Positions 34,026-43,581 of a stretch of DNA of 64,000 nucleotides are shown here, piece after piece (the first letter of the stretch is position 1; each line of letters starts with the position of its first letter). The stretch is from Candidatus Zixiibacteriota bacterium (GTDB taxonomy: Bacteria > RBG-13-66-14 > B26-G2 > WVWN01). Under the pieces are notes generated by a model. That model was not told where the DNA came from and did not search any database. It saw only the letters and a program-made list of their open reading frames with translations. The position numbers were made by a program, and so were the translations under genes. The stretch is taken from assembly GCA_030613505.1 (NCBI GenBank), contig JAUWLW010000002.1, positions 16,925-80,924 of the forward strand, read 5' to 3'.

Positions 34026-35333
34026 ATGTGGGCATCGACGACAGGACTGGCGCACGGCAGGCCGCTGTTGGGCGGCGAGCGGCCCGGGCCCGTGGGCCTG
34101 GGCCCCGGCGCCGAGGCCTACGGCGAGCGCTGGGAGCGCGTCGTCATCTTCCTGGACATGAACGCGTTCTTCGTCAACGTCGAGGCGCGGGCCAAGCCGT
34201 GGCTCCGCGGCAAGCCGGTGTTGGTGGTCGGCTCGCGCAAGGCGCGCTCCGTCGTCGCGGCCTGCTCCTACGAGACGCGCAAGTTCGGCGTCAAGTCCGG
34301 CATGCCCTCCGAGGAGGCGCGGCGCCTCTGCCGCGACGCCATAGTCGTCCCCGCCGACATTCCCAAGTACACCCACGCCATCCGCGAGGTCGTCGCCCGC
34401 GCGCACAACTACACCCCCGTCGTCGAGATCACCTCCATCGACGAGCTGGCCCTCGACGCCACGACGACGTTCCGCCGGTGGGGGACGCCGCGCGACTGCG
34501 CCGCGGCCTTCGCCCGCGAGGTCCGCGAGGACCTTGGCCTCCCGTGTTCGCTGGGCGTGGCGCCCAACAAGATGATGGCCAAGGTGGCCGCCGGCCTCGA
34601 GAAGCCCAACGGCCTCACGGTCCTCAGGCCCTCCCAGCTCGAGCCCTTCCTGGAGGAGCTGCCGGCGACGGAGCTGCCCGGCATCGGCGACAAGCTGGGC
34701 GAACACCTGCGGCGGCTGGGAGCGAGCACGTGCGGCCAGCTCGGCCGGCTGCCCTTGTCGCGCCTGAAGGCGCGCTTCGGCATCGTCGGCGACGTCTTAC
34801 AAGACATGGGGCGGGGGATAGACCGCCGGCCGCTGATGGCGCACTACGACTACGAGGAGGCCAAGTCCGTCGGCAACACCATCACGCTCAACCGCGACAC
34901 CTACGACGCCGCGGAGCTCCGGCGGACGTTCCTGTGGCTGTGCGAGCGGGTGGCGCGGCGGCTACGCGGCGAGGGGTACTGCGGCCGGTGCGTCTACGCC
35001 GTCGCGCGCTACCCGGACTTCTACACCGTGGGCCGCTCGCACCGGTTGTCGCATTACGTGGACGAGGGGATGGACGTCTTCCGGGCGGCGTGGCCTCTCC
35101 TGCCGAAGGATTTAGGCGAGCGCGGCGTGCGGATGCTGGGGGTCTCGGTCTCGATGCTGCTGTACCACTGCAAGCCGGGCAACCTCTTCGAGATAAGGCG
35201 CGACCGCTTCACGGCGACGCTGGACGAGCTGAACCGGAGGTATGGCCGCGGCGCGCTCGAGCGGGCGGAGCTGCTGCCCGGCCTCCCCGGCGGCCTCTAC
35301 GAGACCGTCAAGGCGGGCTGGCACCCGGGGTAG
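34026..35333 (+). CDS. dinB: Y-family DNA polymerase IV
   Basis: DMNAFF, SYETRKFGVKSGMP, SIDE, NKMMAK, KPNG, LPGIG, KSVG. Confidence 0.93.
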   Translation: MWASTTGLAHGRPLLGGERPGPVGLGPGAEAYGERWERVVIFLDMNAFFVNVEARAKPWLRGKPVLVVGSRKARSVVAACSYETRKFGVKSGMPSEEARRLCRDAIVVPADIPKYTHAIREVVARAHNYTPVVEITSIDELALDATTTFRRWGTPRDCAAAFAREVREDLGLPCSLGVAPNKMMAKVAAGLEKPNGLTVLRPSQLEPFLEELPATELPGIGDKLGEHLRRLGASTCGQLGRLPLSRLKARFGIVGDVLQDMGRGIDRRPLMAHYDYEEAKSVGNTITLNRDTYDAAELRRTFLWLCERVARRLRGEGYCGRCVYAVARYPDFYTVGRSHRLSHYVDEGMDVFRAAWPLLPKDLGERGVRMLGVSVSMLLYHCKPGNLFEIRRDRFTATLDELNRRYGRGALERAELLPGLPGGLYETVKAGWHPG

Positions 35334-35343
35334 CTTTTCCAAT

Positions 35344-35375
35344 AAAAAAGCCGGGCTTTGCGCCCGGCGTTTTTT
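35344..35375. terminator. bidirectional terminator between dinB and MFS gene
   Basis: A6-GCCGGGC-tttgc-GCCCGGC-g-T6. Confidence 0.7.
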
Positions 35376-36636
35376 ACCTCACCCCACGCAGGCGCGGGAA
35401 ACGCCAGGCGACCAGGGCGGCCCAGACGAGCGAGGCCGAGGCGCCGATGAGCAGCGCCGCCTGAACGTCGACGTACCGCGCGACGTACCCCGCCTGCAGC
35501 GAGCCCAACCGCATCGCCCCCATAAACGCCAGGAAGTAGATGCTCATCACGCGGCCGCGCAGCCGGTCCGGCACGTTTAGCTGGATAAGCGTGTTGGCGA
35601 GCGAGTTCTGGACGACGAAACAGAACCCGACCGCCGCCAACACCGCCGCCGCGAGCCAGAACGTCCGGATAAACGTGAACGAGAAGACGAGCGCCGCGAA
35701 CGCGACGTTTGCCCCGGAGAGCAGCAGGCCCCGCGGGCTCTTCGGCCCCAGGCTCGCCACCGTGAGCGCGCCCACCAGCGCCCCCAGGCCGACGAACGTC
35801 ATCAAGTAACCGTATACGTCGGCGCCGCCGCGGAAGACCTGCTTCGCGAATACCGGCAACAGTATCGAGTACGGCATAACGAAGAACGCCGAGACGCCGA
35901 CCAGCGAGATTACCACCCACACCAGCGTGTTCCGGCCGGCGTATTGGATCCCCTCGGCGATTTGGCGGTGAGCCGGGCCCTTCACCTCCCGGCGGGTGGA
36001 GGACGTTCGGATGGCCAGCAGCGCGGCGAGAGCGGGGAGGAACGTCGCCGCGTTGACGACGAAGGCGAGCCCCTCGCCGACGGCTACGATCAGCAGGCCG
36101 GCGACGGCCGGGCCCGCGCTCCGGGCTACGTTGAAAATTGTGGAGTTGAGCGCTATGGCGTTGGTGAGGTCTTCCTTGCCGACCATCTCGACGACGAACG
36201 CCTGCCGCGCCGGGACGTCGAGCGCGCGCCCTACGCCGAAGACGAAGGCCAGCGCCATTACGTGCCACACCTGGACGAGGCCGGTGACGGTGAGGGTCGC
36301 GAGGATCGCGGCCTGGATGAACAGCAGCGTTTGCGCGATGAGGACGAGGCGCTTTTTATCGAAGCGGTCCGCGAGCGAACCGGCCCATAGGCCCATCGGC
36401 AGCGCCGGCACGAGCGCGACGAAGTTGACCAGGCCCAGCATCGCCGGCGAGCCGGTAAGGCGGTATATCAGCCAGTTCTGCGCGACGAACTGAATCCACG
36501 TGCCGACGAGCGACACCATCTGGCCGAACCACCACAGCCGGAAGTCGCGATGGCGGAGCGCGCTGAAAGTCCGCGGTAGCGTTACGCGGCGCCGCAGGTA
36601 CTCGCCTACGGAGTTGCTTTTGGGGTGTTTACGCAT
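35374..36636 (-). CDS. MFS transporter (MFS_3/H+ antiporter-like)
   Basis: FSALRHRDFRL, GSLADRFDKKR, PARQAFV, NAIALNS, RGRVMS. Confidence 0.9.
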   Translation of the reverse strand: MRKHPKSNSVGEYLRRRVTLPRTFSALRHRDFRLWWFGQMVSLVGTWIQFVAQNWLIYRLTGSPAMLGLVNFVALVPALPMGLWAGSLADRFDKKRLVLIAQTLLFIQAAILATLTVTGLVQVWHVMALAFVFGVGRALDVPARQAFVVEMVGKEDLTNAIALNSTIFNVARSAGPAVAGLLIVAVGEGLAFVVNAATFLPALAALLAIRTSSTRREVKGPAHRQIAEGIQYAGRNTLVWVVISLVGVSAFFVMPYSILLPVFAKQVFRGGADVYGYLMTFVGLGALVGALTVASLGPKSPRGLLLSGANVAFAALVFSFTFIRTFWLAAAVLAAVGFCFVVQNSLANTLIQLNVPDRLRGRVMSIYFLAFMGAMRLGSLQAGYVARYVDVQAALLIGASASLVWAALVAWRFPRLRGVR

Positions 36637-37804
36637 TACGCAACTTACGGCCGGCGGGCTGTCGGGTCCGCGTGAAATCGTAATAAAGGATGCCGACGGC
36701 GGCAAGAGCCGCGCACGCCGCGCCGAAGGCGAACGTCCCGGCGCCCTGCCAGCGGTCCCATATCAAACCGGCCACGATAGAACCGGGCAAGATGGCGAGG
36801 CCGCTTGCCATATGGAGGAGGCCCAACGCGGCGCCGCGCCGTTCGGCCGGTACCGCGTTCGAGACGAAGGCCGGCGGCAGCGCCATGAAAGCTTGGTAGT
36901 AGAGAGCGTAGAGGGCGAAAAGGGGCCAAAGGGTCCACATGTGATCCAGAGTCCCGGCTACGATTAGGACCGCCGCCTGGAAGAAGTAAATGCCGGCGAG
37001 CACCGGTAGTATCCGTAACCGGTCCGCGAGCCAGCCGATCGGGAAAGGCCAGACGACTTGCGCGACGGTGAAGCTAAGGTAGACCAGCGGGAGCGTGGCC
37101 AGCGGCAAACCGAGTTCGTTTGCCCGGAGTATGTAGAACGCGTACGAGAGCATGCCGAAGGAGTATAAAGTATGGCATATTAAAAACGGCCACCACGGCG
37201 CTGCCGCGGCCCGGTCGAATATCTTGGGGGGACTTTCCCGAGGCGCCCGTTTAGGTTGGCGGACGAGTAGCGCGATGACCAAAGCTACCGCTATGCCCGG
37301 GACGATGGTCCACTTGAAGATACCGCGCGTCGTGAGGTCGGTGTAGTTTAATAGAAAGTATAATATCAGCACGCCGCCCACCGCTCCCGCGGAATCGAGC
37401 ACGCGATGAAGGCCGAAGGCGCGGGCGCGTTGTTTTTCGGTAACGTAACCGGCCAGTAGCGCGTCTCGCGGCGACGTACGGACGCCTTTGCCGAGACGGT
37501 CGGCGACGCGGAGGGCGAGTACCGCGGGCCCCGAGCGGGCGAAGGCCATCAACGGTTTGCTGATTACCGACAGCGCGTACCCGGCGAACATGAGCCATTT
37601 GTGCCGGCCCGCCCGGTCGCAGATATACCCCGAGAGGTATTTAAAGACGGCGGCGGTCGCTTCGGCCGCCCCTTCGATAAGGCCCAGGAAGGCGGCGGCC
37701 AGGCCGAGGTCTAGCGTTATGAAAATCGGCAGTAGGGGGAATATTATTTCGGATTGGAGGTCTGCGAAGAACGAGACGACGCCGAGTAACAGTACGTTTA
37801 GCAT
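36629..37804 (-). CDS. MFS transporter
   Basis: LGLIEG, DRLGKGVRTSPRDALL, AFGLHR.LDSAGA. Confidence 0.9.
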   Translation of the reverse strand: MLNVLLLGVVSFFADLQSEIIFPLLPIFITLDLGLAAAFLGLIEGAAEATAAVFKYLSGYICDRAGRHKWLMFAGYALSVISKPLMAFARSGPAVLALRVADRLGKGVRTSPRDALLAGYVTEKQRARAFGLHRVLDSAGAVGGVLILYFLLNYTDLTTRGIFKWTIVPGIAVALVIALLVRQPKRAPRESPPKIFDRAAAAPWWPFLICHTLYSFGMLSYAFYILRANELGLPLATLPLVYLSFTVAQVVWPFPIGWLADRLRILPVLAGIYFFQAAVLIVAGTLDHMWTLWPLFALYALYYQAFMALPPAFVSNAVPAERRGAALGLLHMASGLAILPGSIVAGLIWDRWQGAGTFAFGAACAALAAVGILYYDFTRTRQPAGRKLRNA

Positions 37805-37896
37805 GTTAGTTTAACATTTTAAATGATTAACCTGCCGCGCGCAAGGCCGATATTCCTTGAAGGGTTGCCCGCCCGGACTTATAATACGAATTAAAT

Positions 37897-39231
37897 ATGT
37901 CCGGTGGCGTGCCGAGGCGCCGGCGGGTATGGCTTCGCCGGTTAATATTTATAGTCGTCGTTGCGGCGACCCTTACCGGCTCCTACTTTTGGGGTCGGCA
38001 CGTCGAACCGCCGCCCAGGGAGCTCGACGCCGAACGCGTGGCGTTGCTCACCGGCGCGACCGAGCCTCCGGAGAGGGTCGACGGGGAGATTACCTATTGG
38101 CGCATAAGGCGCGGCGACGAGACGCTCTACGCCGCCGAGAGCGCATCGTCCGCGCCGGAGGTGGTCGGTTACGGCGGCCGATTCGACCTCCTGGTGGTCG
38201 TAGACGGCTCGGGGAACGTCGAACGCGTCGTCTTGGTGCGGCACGACGAAACGCCGTCGTACGTCGAGAACGTCGCCGATTTTCTCTCGTCTTTCGTCGG
38301 CCTTCCGGCGACCGCGCCGCTCGAACCCGGCCGCGACGTCGACGCCATAACGCGGGCGACGGTAACGAGCCAGGCCTTCGCCGCCGCTACGCGGGTAACG
38401 AGTAGGAAGATATTAAACGCGGCTCTCGGCCGCGACGTCGGGCTCGACGGCGAGCGAGAGGGTTGGGATTGGCGCTGGGCGTTAGTAGTGGCGGCGTTCT
38501 TCGGCGCCGCGATTTGGGTGAGGCGGCGGCCTGCGGAGTGGGTGCGCGTATTATTCGCGGCCGCGGCGTTCGGGGTATTGGGTCTTTGGGCCGGTCGGTT
38601 CGTTTCCGTCGGCGACGTAGGCCGGCTGGTTTTGTGGAAGTTCCCGCCGTTCGGACCGCGCCTTTCGGTCTATTTACTGTTGGGGGGCGGCGCGGCGCTG
38701 GCGCTGTTTTTCGGTAACGTATATTGCGGGTGGCTTTGTCCCTTTGGCGCGCTGACGGAACTGTTGTATAAAATACCGATTCGGAAATTAAAAGTAGCAC
38801 CTGAGTTCGCGCGGCGCCTTGGCGGCCTGCGGTTCATTATATTATGCGTCGTCGTAGCGGCCTTCGTGGCGAATTGGGACCTGGGCGTCGCGCGGTACGA
38901 ACCTTTTGACGACTTGTTCGCGTACGCGGCGGCGGGGATATCGCTCCTGTTTCTGGTAGCAGTCTTGGCGGTTTCCGCGTTCCATTATCGGTTCTTTTGC
39001 CGATATCTGTGTGCGGCCGGCGCGTTATTGGGCGAGGTGGCCGCGGTGGGGCGGCCGCCGCCTAGGCTCGAGTGCCGGGAGTGCGGCGAGTGCGCGAAAG
39101 TTTGCCCGACGGCGGCGATAATCGTGAACCGTGAGGTCATAGACGCGGCGTTGTGCATAGAATGCGGCCGATGCCGGCGCGATTGCGAGGCCGAGAAACA
39201 AGCCGCGCAGGCGCGAAGCGGGAATATTTAG
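37897..39231 (+). CDS. FMN-binding / 4Fe-4S membrane protein (NosR/RnfG-like)
   Basis: GYGG, ETP.Y, DAITRATVTS flavinylation-like motif; YCGWLCPFG, FCRYLC; CxxCxxCxxxCP and CxxCxxCxxxC. Confidence 0.85.
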   Translation: MSGGVPRRRRVWLRRLIFIVVVAATLTGSYFWGRHVEPPPRELDAERVALLTGATEPPERVDGEITYWRIRRGDETLYAAESASSAPEVVGYGGRFDLLVVVDGSGNVERVVLVRHDETPSYVENVADFLSSFVGLPATAPLEPGRDVDAITRATVTSQAFAAATRVTSRKILNAALGRDVGLDGEREGWDWRWALVVAAFFGAAIWVRRRPAEWVRVLFAAAAFGVLGLWAGRFVSVGDVGRLVLWKFPPFGPRLSVYLLLGGGAALALFFGNVYCGWLCPFGALTELLYKIPIRKLKVAPEFARRLGGLRFIILCVVVAAFVANWDLGVARYEPFDDLFAYAAAGISLLFLVAVLAVSAFHYRFFCRYLCAAGALLGEVAAVGRPPPRLECRECGECAKVCPTAAIIVNREVIDAALCIECGRCRRDCEAEKQAAQARSGNI

Positions 39232-39279
39232 TTTGGCCGCGCGCCCTCCCTATGGTATAAGATTGCCGATTTTCACGTT

Positions 39280-41571
39280 ATGAAAAAACGCAGACTGCTT
39301 ACTTTCGTATCCGTTTTCGCGCTAGTCGCGCTGGGCGTCTTCTACTACGCGGCGGTGGCGCCGGCGGTCGTGGGGAAAGAGCGCGTGGCGAAGGCGTTTG
39401 CGCAGGTCGTGAAGGACGGCCCCGGCCTCGACGTTAAATACGCGAAAGCGCGCTTCAAACTCTTACCCCGGCCGGCGGTTACGCTGGGCGACGTCGTCTT
39501 CGTTAATGGAGCCGGCAAAGAGGTCGTCCGCGCCGACGAGGTTAGCCTGGGGTTGTCGTACGTCGGCTTCGTAACCCTCAATCCGAGCGTCGCCGTTGTG
39601 GCGTTCGTCCGGCCGCGGGTCGACCTGGCGCCGGGCGACGTGGCGTTCGGCGAGGCGGGGGAGGGGTCGCCGTTCCGCGGGACCGTCGCCGTGGCGGAGG
39701 GGTTCGTCCGGTACGCCGGTAAAACGCGGACGGTGCTTGTAGACGGCCTTAGCGGCCGCCTCCGCTGCAGGGCTTTGTGGGGCGAGGAGTTCGACGTACG
39801 CGGCAAACTGCACGCCGACAAGTTCAGGTTTGCAGCGGGGGCGGGGGAGGCCGGCGGCGGGATGGCCGTCGCGGCCGAGGGCGGGATACGCTACCGGCCC
39901 GAGGCCCCGGGCGGTCGCGTCTTCTTCGAGGAGCTCGACTTTCTGTTCGGCAAAGCCCGCTTGACCGTCGCCGGCGAGCTGCAAACCGGCCCGGGCGAGA
40001 ACGACGTCGACCTGGCCGTTAAAGGTAAACGGATGGCGCTCGACCAGGTCCTCCCGGCGCTCGCGCCGCGCTTCTGCGACGCCGACGTAGAAGGCGAGAT
40101 GGACCTGAACCTGACGGTCAAAGGTAAATGGGGCGAGGGCCGTAACCCGGACGTGCGGGGCGAGCTCGAGGTGAGAAAGGGCGCGCTGAAACCGTTCGAG
40201 GGGAACGGAATATCGAGCGTTGCCGCCAAAGTACGTTTCGAGGGCGAGAAGTACGTGGTCGAGAACTTCCGGGGCCAGACTAAGAAGGGCGGTTTCAAAG
40301 GATACGCGACGATAAGACCCGACAGAAACTGGCCGTACCAACTCAGGTTCGAGGGCGCTATGCCTCTTGAGGTGGCGGCCGTCATGCTCGCCGTGCCCGA
40401 CGCCTATATGCTCGCGGGCCCGGCGCGGCTAAACGTCGACGTCGACGGCGAATTATCTTCGCTTGGGCGGACGTCGGTCGACGGGACGGTCGAGCTCCTG
40501 GGTTGTCAGGTACGGCTTAAGCCGTTCGTATCCCCCTTCCAGGATCTCGCCGGCACGGCGTACTGCGAGGGTTATAAAATAAAGGTCGGCAAGTTGAAGG
40601 GGCAACTGGCGGGTCACGATTTCGAGATCGGCGGCAGTTGGCAAGGGTTCGAGACGCCGCGGCTGGACTTCGTCGCCGTCGCCGACGAGCTGGACCTCGA
40701 CGCGGCGTTGCCCACCGGGGAGATGCGGCGCCGCCACGCCGAGCGCGGCTCGTCGCCGCTGGGCCTACCGGGCAAAGATATTACGGCGAAGGGCCGGGTA
40801 CGCTTCAAGAAGTTCAAGCTCCTTTCCGTGACCGGTAAAAAATTGGAATCGGATTTCGAATACGGCGGCGGTATACTAAACGTCAAAAAGCTCGACTTCG
40901 CGGCGTACGACGGCAAGGTGCGGGCGCAGCTAACGGTGTACCTCGGCGCCCGGCCGCGGTACACTTGTTCGGCGGCCGTTCGAGGCGCGCGGCTGGGCGT
41001 CTTCCTAACCGAAAACGAATACTCGGAGAACGTCCTTACCGGACGCTTCTCGGCCGACGTCACTTTCTCTGCCGAGGGGACGGCGTACGACGACGTAAAG
41101 CGGTCGTTCGGCGGCAAGGGCTCGCTCGAGTTGGAGGGAGGCCGCGTCGCCGAACTGGCCCTTCTTGCCGAATTGGTGAAGTGGTCGCGCATAGACTTAT
41201 TCGAGCCGCTGCAGGTGTCCAAGTTATGGGTTATGTGTAACGCGCGGGACGGCGTGATCCGGACCGCCGACCTGAAGCTCGAGAACCCGGATATGGTTAT
41301 CGAAGCAGCCGGAGAGGTCACGCTCGAGAAAAAGCTGGATTTCGTCGTACGAACGACTTTTAGTAAAAAGGCCGCCGAACGCCTGGCTCGGGACGGTAAA
41401 GCGCTCGCGCTCGTCCGGGACGAGGACGGCCGGGGCCGCTTCAACTTCGTCGTTACGGGCGAGGCCGCCACACCGGCGTTCCGGCTCGACGCCGGGTCCA
41501 TGTTGAGAGCCGCGGGGGAGGGGCTGCCGGGCGGCGAGGAAGAATTCGGCGGCCCGGGCGACCTGTTTTAA
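39280..41571 (+). CDS. AsmA-family protein
   Basis: N-terminal TM anchor; repeated beta-groove segments; C-terminal G.....P.F pattern. Confidence 0.75.
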   Translation: MKKRRLLTFVSVFALVALGVFYYAAVAPAVVGKERVAKAFAQVVKDGPGLDVKYAKARFKLLPRPAVTLGDVVFVNGAGKEVVRADEVSLGLSYVGFVTLNPSVAVVAFVRPRVDLAPGDVAFGEAGEGSPFRGTVAVAEGFVRYAGKTRTVLVDGLSGRLRCRALWGEEFDVRGKLHADKFRFAAGAGEAGGGMAVAAEGGIRYRPEAPGGRVFFEELDFLFGKARLTVAGELQTGPGENDVDLAVKGKRMALDQVLPALAPRFCDADVEGEMDLNLTVKGKWGEGRNPDVRGELEVRKGALKPFEGNGISSVAAKVRFEGEKYVVENFRGQTKKGGFKGYATIRPDRNWPYQLRFEGAMPLEVAAVMLAVPDAYMLAGPARLNVDVDGELSSLGRTSVDGTVELLGCQVRLKPFVSPFQDLAGTAYCEGYKIKVGKLKGQLAGHDFEIGGSWQGFETPRLDFVAVADELDLDAALPTGEMRRRHAERGSSPLGLPGKDITAKGRVRFKKFKLLSVTGKKLESDFEYGGGILNVKKLDFAAYDGKVRAQLTVYLGARPRYTCSAAVRGARLGVFLTENEYSENVLTGRFSADVTFSAEGTAYDDVKRSFGGKGSLELEGGRVAELALLAELVKWSRIDLFEPLQVSKLWVMCNARDGVIRTADLKLENPDMVIEAAGEVTLEKKLDFVVRTTFSKKAAERLARDGKALALVRDEDGRGRFNFVVTGEAATPAFRLDAGSMLRAAGEGLPGGEEEFGGPGDLF

Positions 41572-41586
41572 AGGAGGTCAATTGCT

Positions 41587-41940
41587 ATGAAGCTACTCGT
41601 CGTAACGTACCGCGACCCGTACGACGGCGGCGACGTCGTTTGGAACGCGCTACGGGTCGCCACGTTCCAAAAAGAACTCGGCGACGAAGTGAACGTTTTT
41701 TTGATGTCGGACGCCGTAACGTTAGCGCACGAGAACACCCCTCAACCCGAGAATCCCGAGTACGACGCCGATACGGAGTTCGAGGTCGCCGTACACGCCG
41801 GCGCGACGTTTAAGACTTGCGGTACCTGTCTGAAGAACCGCGACCTTCCCGCGGACAAAGTACATACCCAGGCGCCGGCGGCGACGTTGAAGGACCTGGC
41901 CGATTGGCTCCACTGGGCGGATAAGGTGTTGACCTTTTAG
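41587..41940 (+). CDS. DsrE/YchN-family protein
   Basis: PY..WNALR, VFLMSDAV, CGTC, ADKVLTF. Confidence 0.88.
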   Translation: MKLLVVTYRDPYDGGDVVWNALRVATFQKELGDEVNVFLMSDAVTLAHENTPQPENPEYDADTEFEVAVHAGATFKTCGTCLKNRDLPADKVHTQAPAATLKDLADWLHWADKVLTF

Positions 41941-41954
41941 AGAAGCGGAAGGCT

Positions 41955-42632
41955 ATGGCGGCGCCTATGATAAAGATGTTAAACGTCACCAAAGTTTTCG
42001 AGAACGGCGTCGTCGCGCTCGACGACGTCTCGGTGGAAATCGGCAAGGGCGAACTGGCTTTCCTCACCGGTCCTTCGGGAGCCGGCAAGTCGACGTTTCT
42101 CAAGTTGATAACCGTGGAGGAAAAGCCTACCGACGGGTTGGTGGAAGTCGCCGGGCACGACGTCGGCGCGCTCAGGAGGCGCGACATTCCGTACTTACGC
42201 CGGCGCATCGGCGTCGTCTTCCAGGATTTTCGGCTCTTGAGCGAACGGACCGTTTTGGAAAACGTAATGCTGCCGTTGACGATCCTGGGTTTGACGCCTT
42301 CGGAACAGCGACGCCGGGCGCTGCAAGTTCTTACGGTTGTCGGCCTGGCCCAGCGCAAGGACGCGAAGCCGCTCGAGCTTTCGGGGGGCGAGCAGCAGCG
42401 CGTCGCCATCGCCCGGGCCATAGCGCTCGACCCCGCTATATTGCTCGCCGACGAGCCTACCGGCAACCTCGACCCGGACATAACCTGGCACGTAATGAAG
42501 CTCTTCCGCGTCATCAACGCCCGAGGCACCGCGGTAATCATAGCGACCCACGACTACGACGTCGTCAAGAGGATGGACGCCCGAATAATAAAGATCCTCG
42601 ACGGGAAAGTACACCGGGAGACGGCGGAGTGA
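41955..42632 (+). CDS. ftsE: cell division ATP-binding protein FtsE
   Basis: GPSGAGKST, IPYLRRRIGVVFQDFRLL, LSGGEQQR, ADEPTGNLD. Confidence 0.95.
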   Translation: MAAPMIKMLNVTKVFENGVVALDDVSVEIGKGELAFLTGPSGAGKSTFLKLITVEEKPTDGLVEVAGHDVGALRRRDIPYLRRRIGVVFQDFRLLSERTVLENVMLPLTILGLTPSEQRRRALQVLTVVGLAQRKDAKPLELSGGEQQRVAIARAIALDPAILLADEPTGNLDPDITWHVMKLFRVINARGTAVIIATHDYDVVKRMDARIIKILDGKVHRETAE

Positions 42633-43492
42633 AAAACGTCGGCTTTTTCCTTCGAGAGGCTTTTAAAAATATAGGCCGCGGCGGGATCCTTACCGCGGCG
42701 GCGGTACTAGCGATAACGTTCGCGGCGCTCATCGCCGGGATATTCGCCACGGCGTATTATAATCTCCGGACGATATACGAGGAGGTTAGGAGCGAGCTTT
42801 ACGTCGACGTTTATTTGAAATATGAGGTTGACGAGGAACGGGCCGGGGCCGTCGGCGAGCACCTCCGGAAGTTGCCGGGGGTAGTGCGCGTCGATTACAT
42901 ATCGCGCGAGAAGGCCGCGGAGGAATTCGTCGGCCTATTCCCCGAGGATAGCAACCTATTGGACGCGTTGGGCGAGAACCCTTTGCCGGCGTCGTACCGG
43001 GTGTACCTGGTCGGCGAAGAGGAGGCGTCCGAAGAGGTCGCGACGTTGGTAGAGGAAATGAAAACCGTAGACGGCGTGGACGACGCCGTATACGCCCAAG
43101 AGTGGCTATCCAATTTGGAGCGAGCGGGGCGCGTCGTCGGCGTTGTAGGGGCAGCGGTGGGTGTAGTGCTCGGCGCCGCGGCGATATTGGTCGTTATCAG
43201 TACTATAGGGCTGGCGGTGTACGCCCGTCGCGATACTATAACGATTATGAAGATGGTCGGCGCCACGGACGGGTTCGTACGGGCGCCCTTCGTTGTGGAG
43301 GGTTTTTTAATAGGCGTCTTCGGCGGCCTGCTCGCGTTGGCCGCGTTATACGGCGGCGTCCAGTTTTTACAAACGTACGACGTGGTGGTCCGTTTTTTAC
43401 CGGGGACGTACGTCGGCGCGGGCTTGGCCGTATTCGCTCTCGGCGGCGGGTTGGGCTCGAGCGTAGCGGTGCGACGTTTCTTGAAGGTTTAA
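42629..43492 (+). CDS. ftsX: cell division permease FtsX
   Basis: ENPLPAS, RR..I.IMKMVGAT..FVRAPF.VEG; coupled to ftsE. Confidence 0.92.
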   Translation: MKNVGFFLREAFKNIGRGGILTAAAVLAITFAALIAGIFATAYYNLRTIYEEVRSELYVDVYLKYEVDEERAGAVGEHLRKLPGVVRVDYISREKAAEEFVGLFPEDSNLLDALGENPLPASYRVYLVGEEEASEEVATLVEEMKTVDGVDDAVYAQEWLSNLERAGRVVGVVGAAVGVVLGAAAILVVISTIGLAVYARRDTITIMKMVGATDGFVRAPFVVEGFLIGVFGGLLALAALYGGVQFLQTYDVVVRFLPGTYVGAGLAVFALGGGLGSSVAVRRFLKV

Positions 43493-43581
43493 ATCCCCCG
43501 AAATAAAGGCGAATTAAGACGGCGGCAACCTAGCGGCCGGATTTACGTATTTATCTATACAAATTCACGTCGAGGTAGTTT

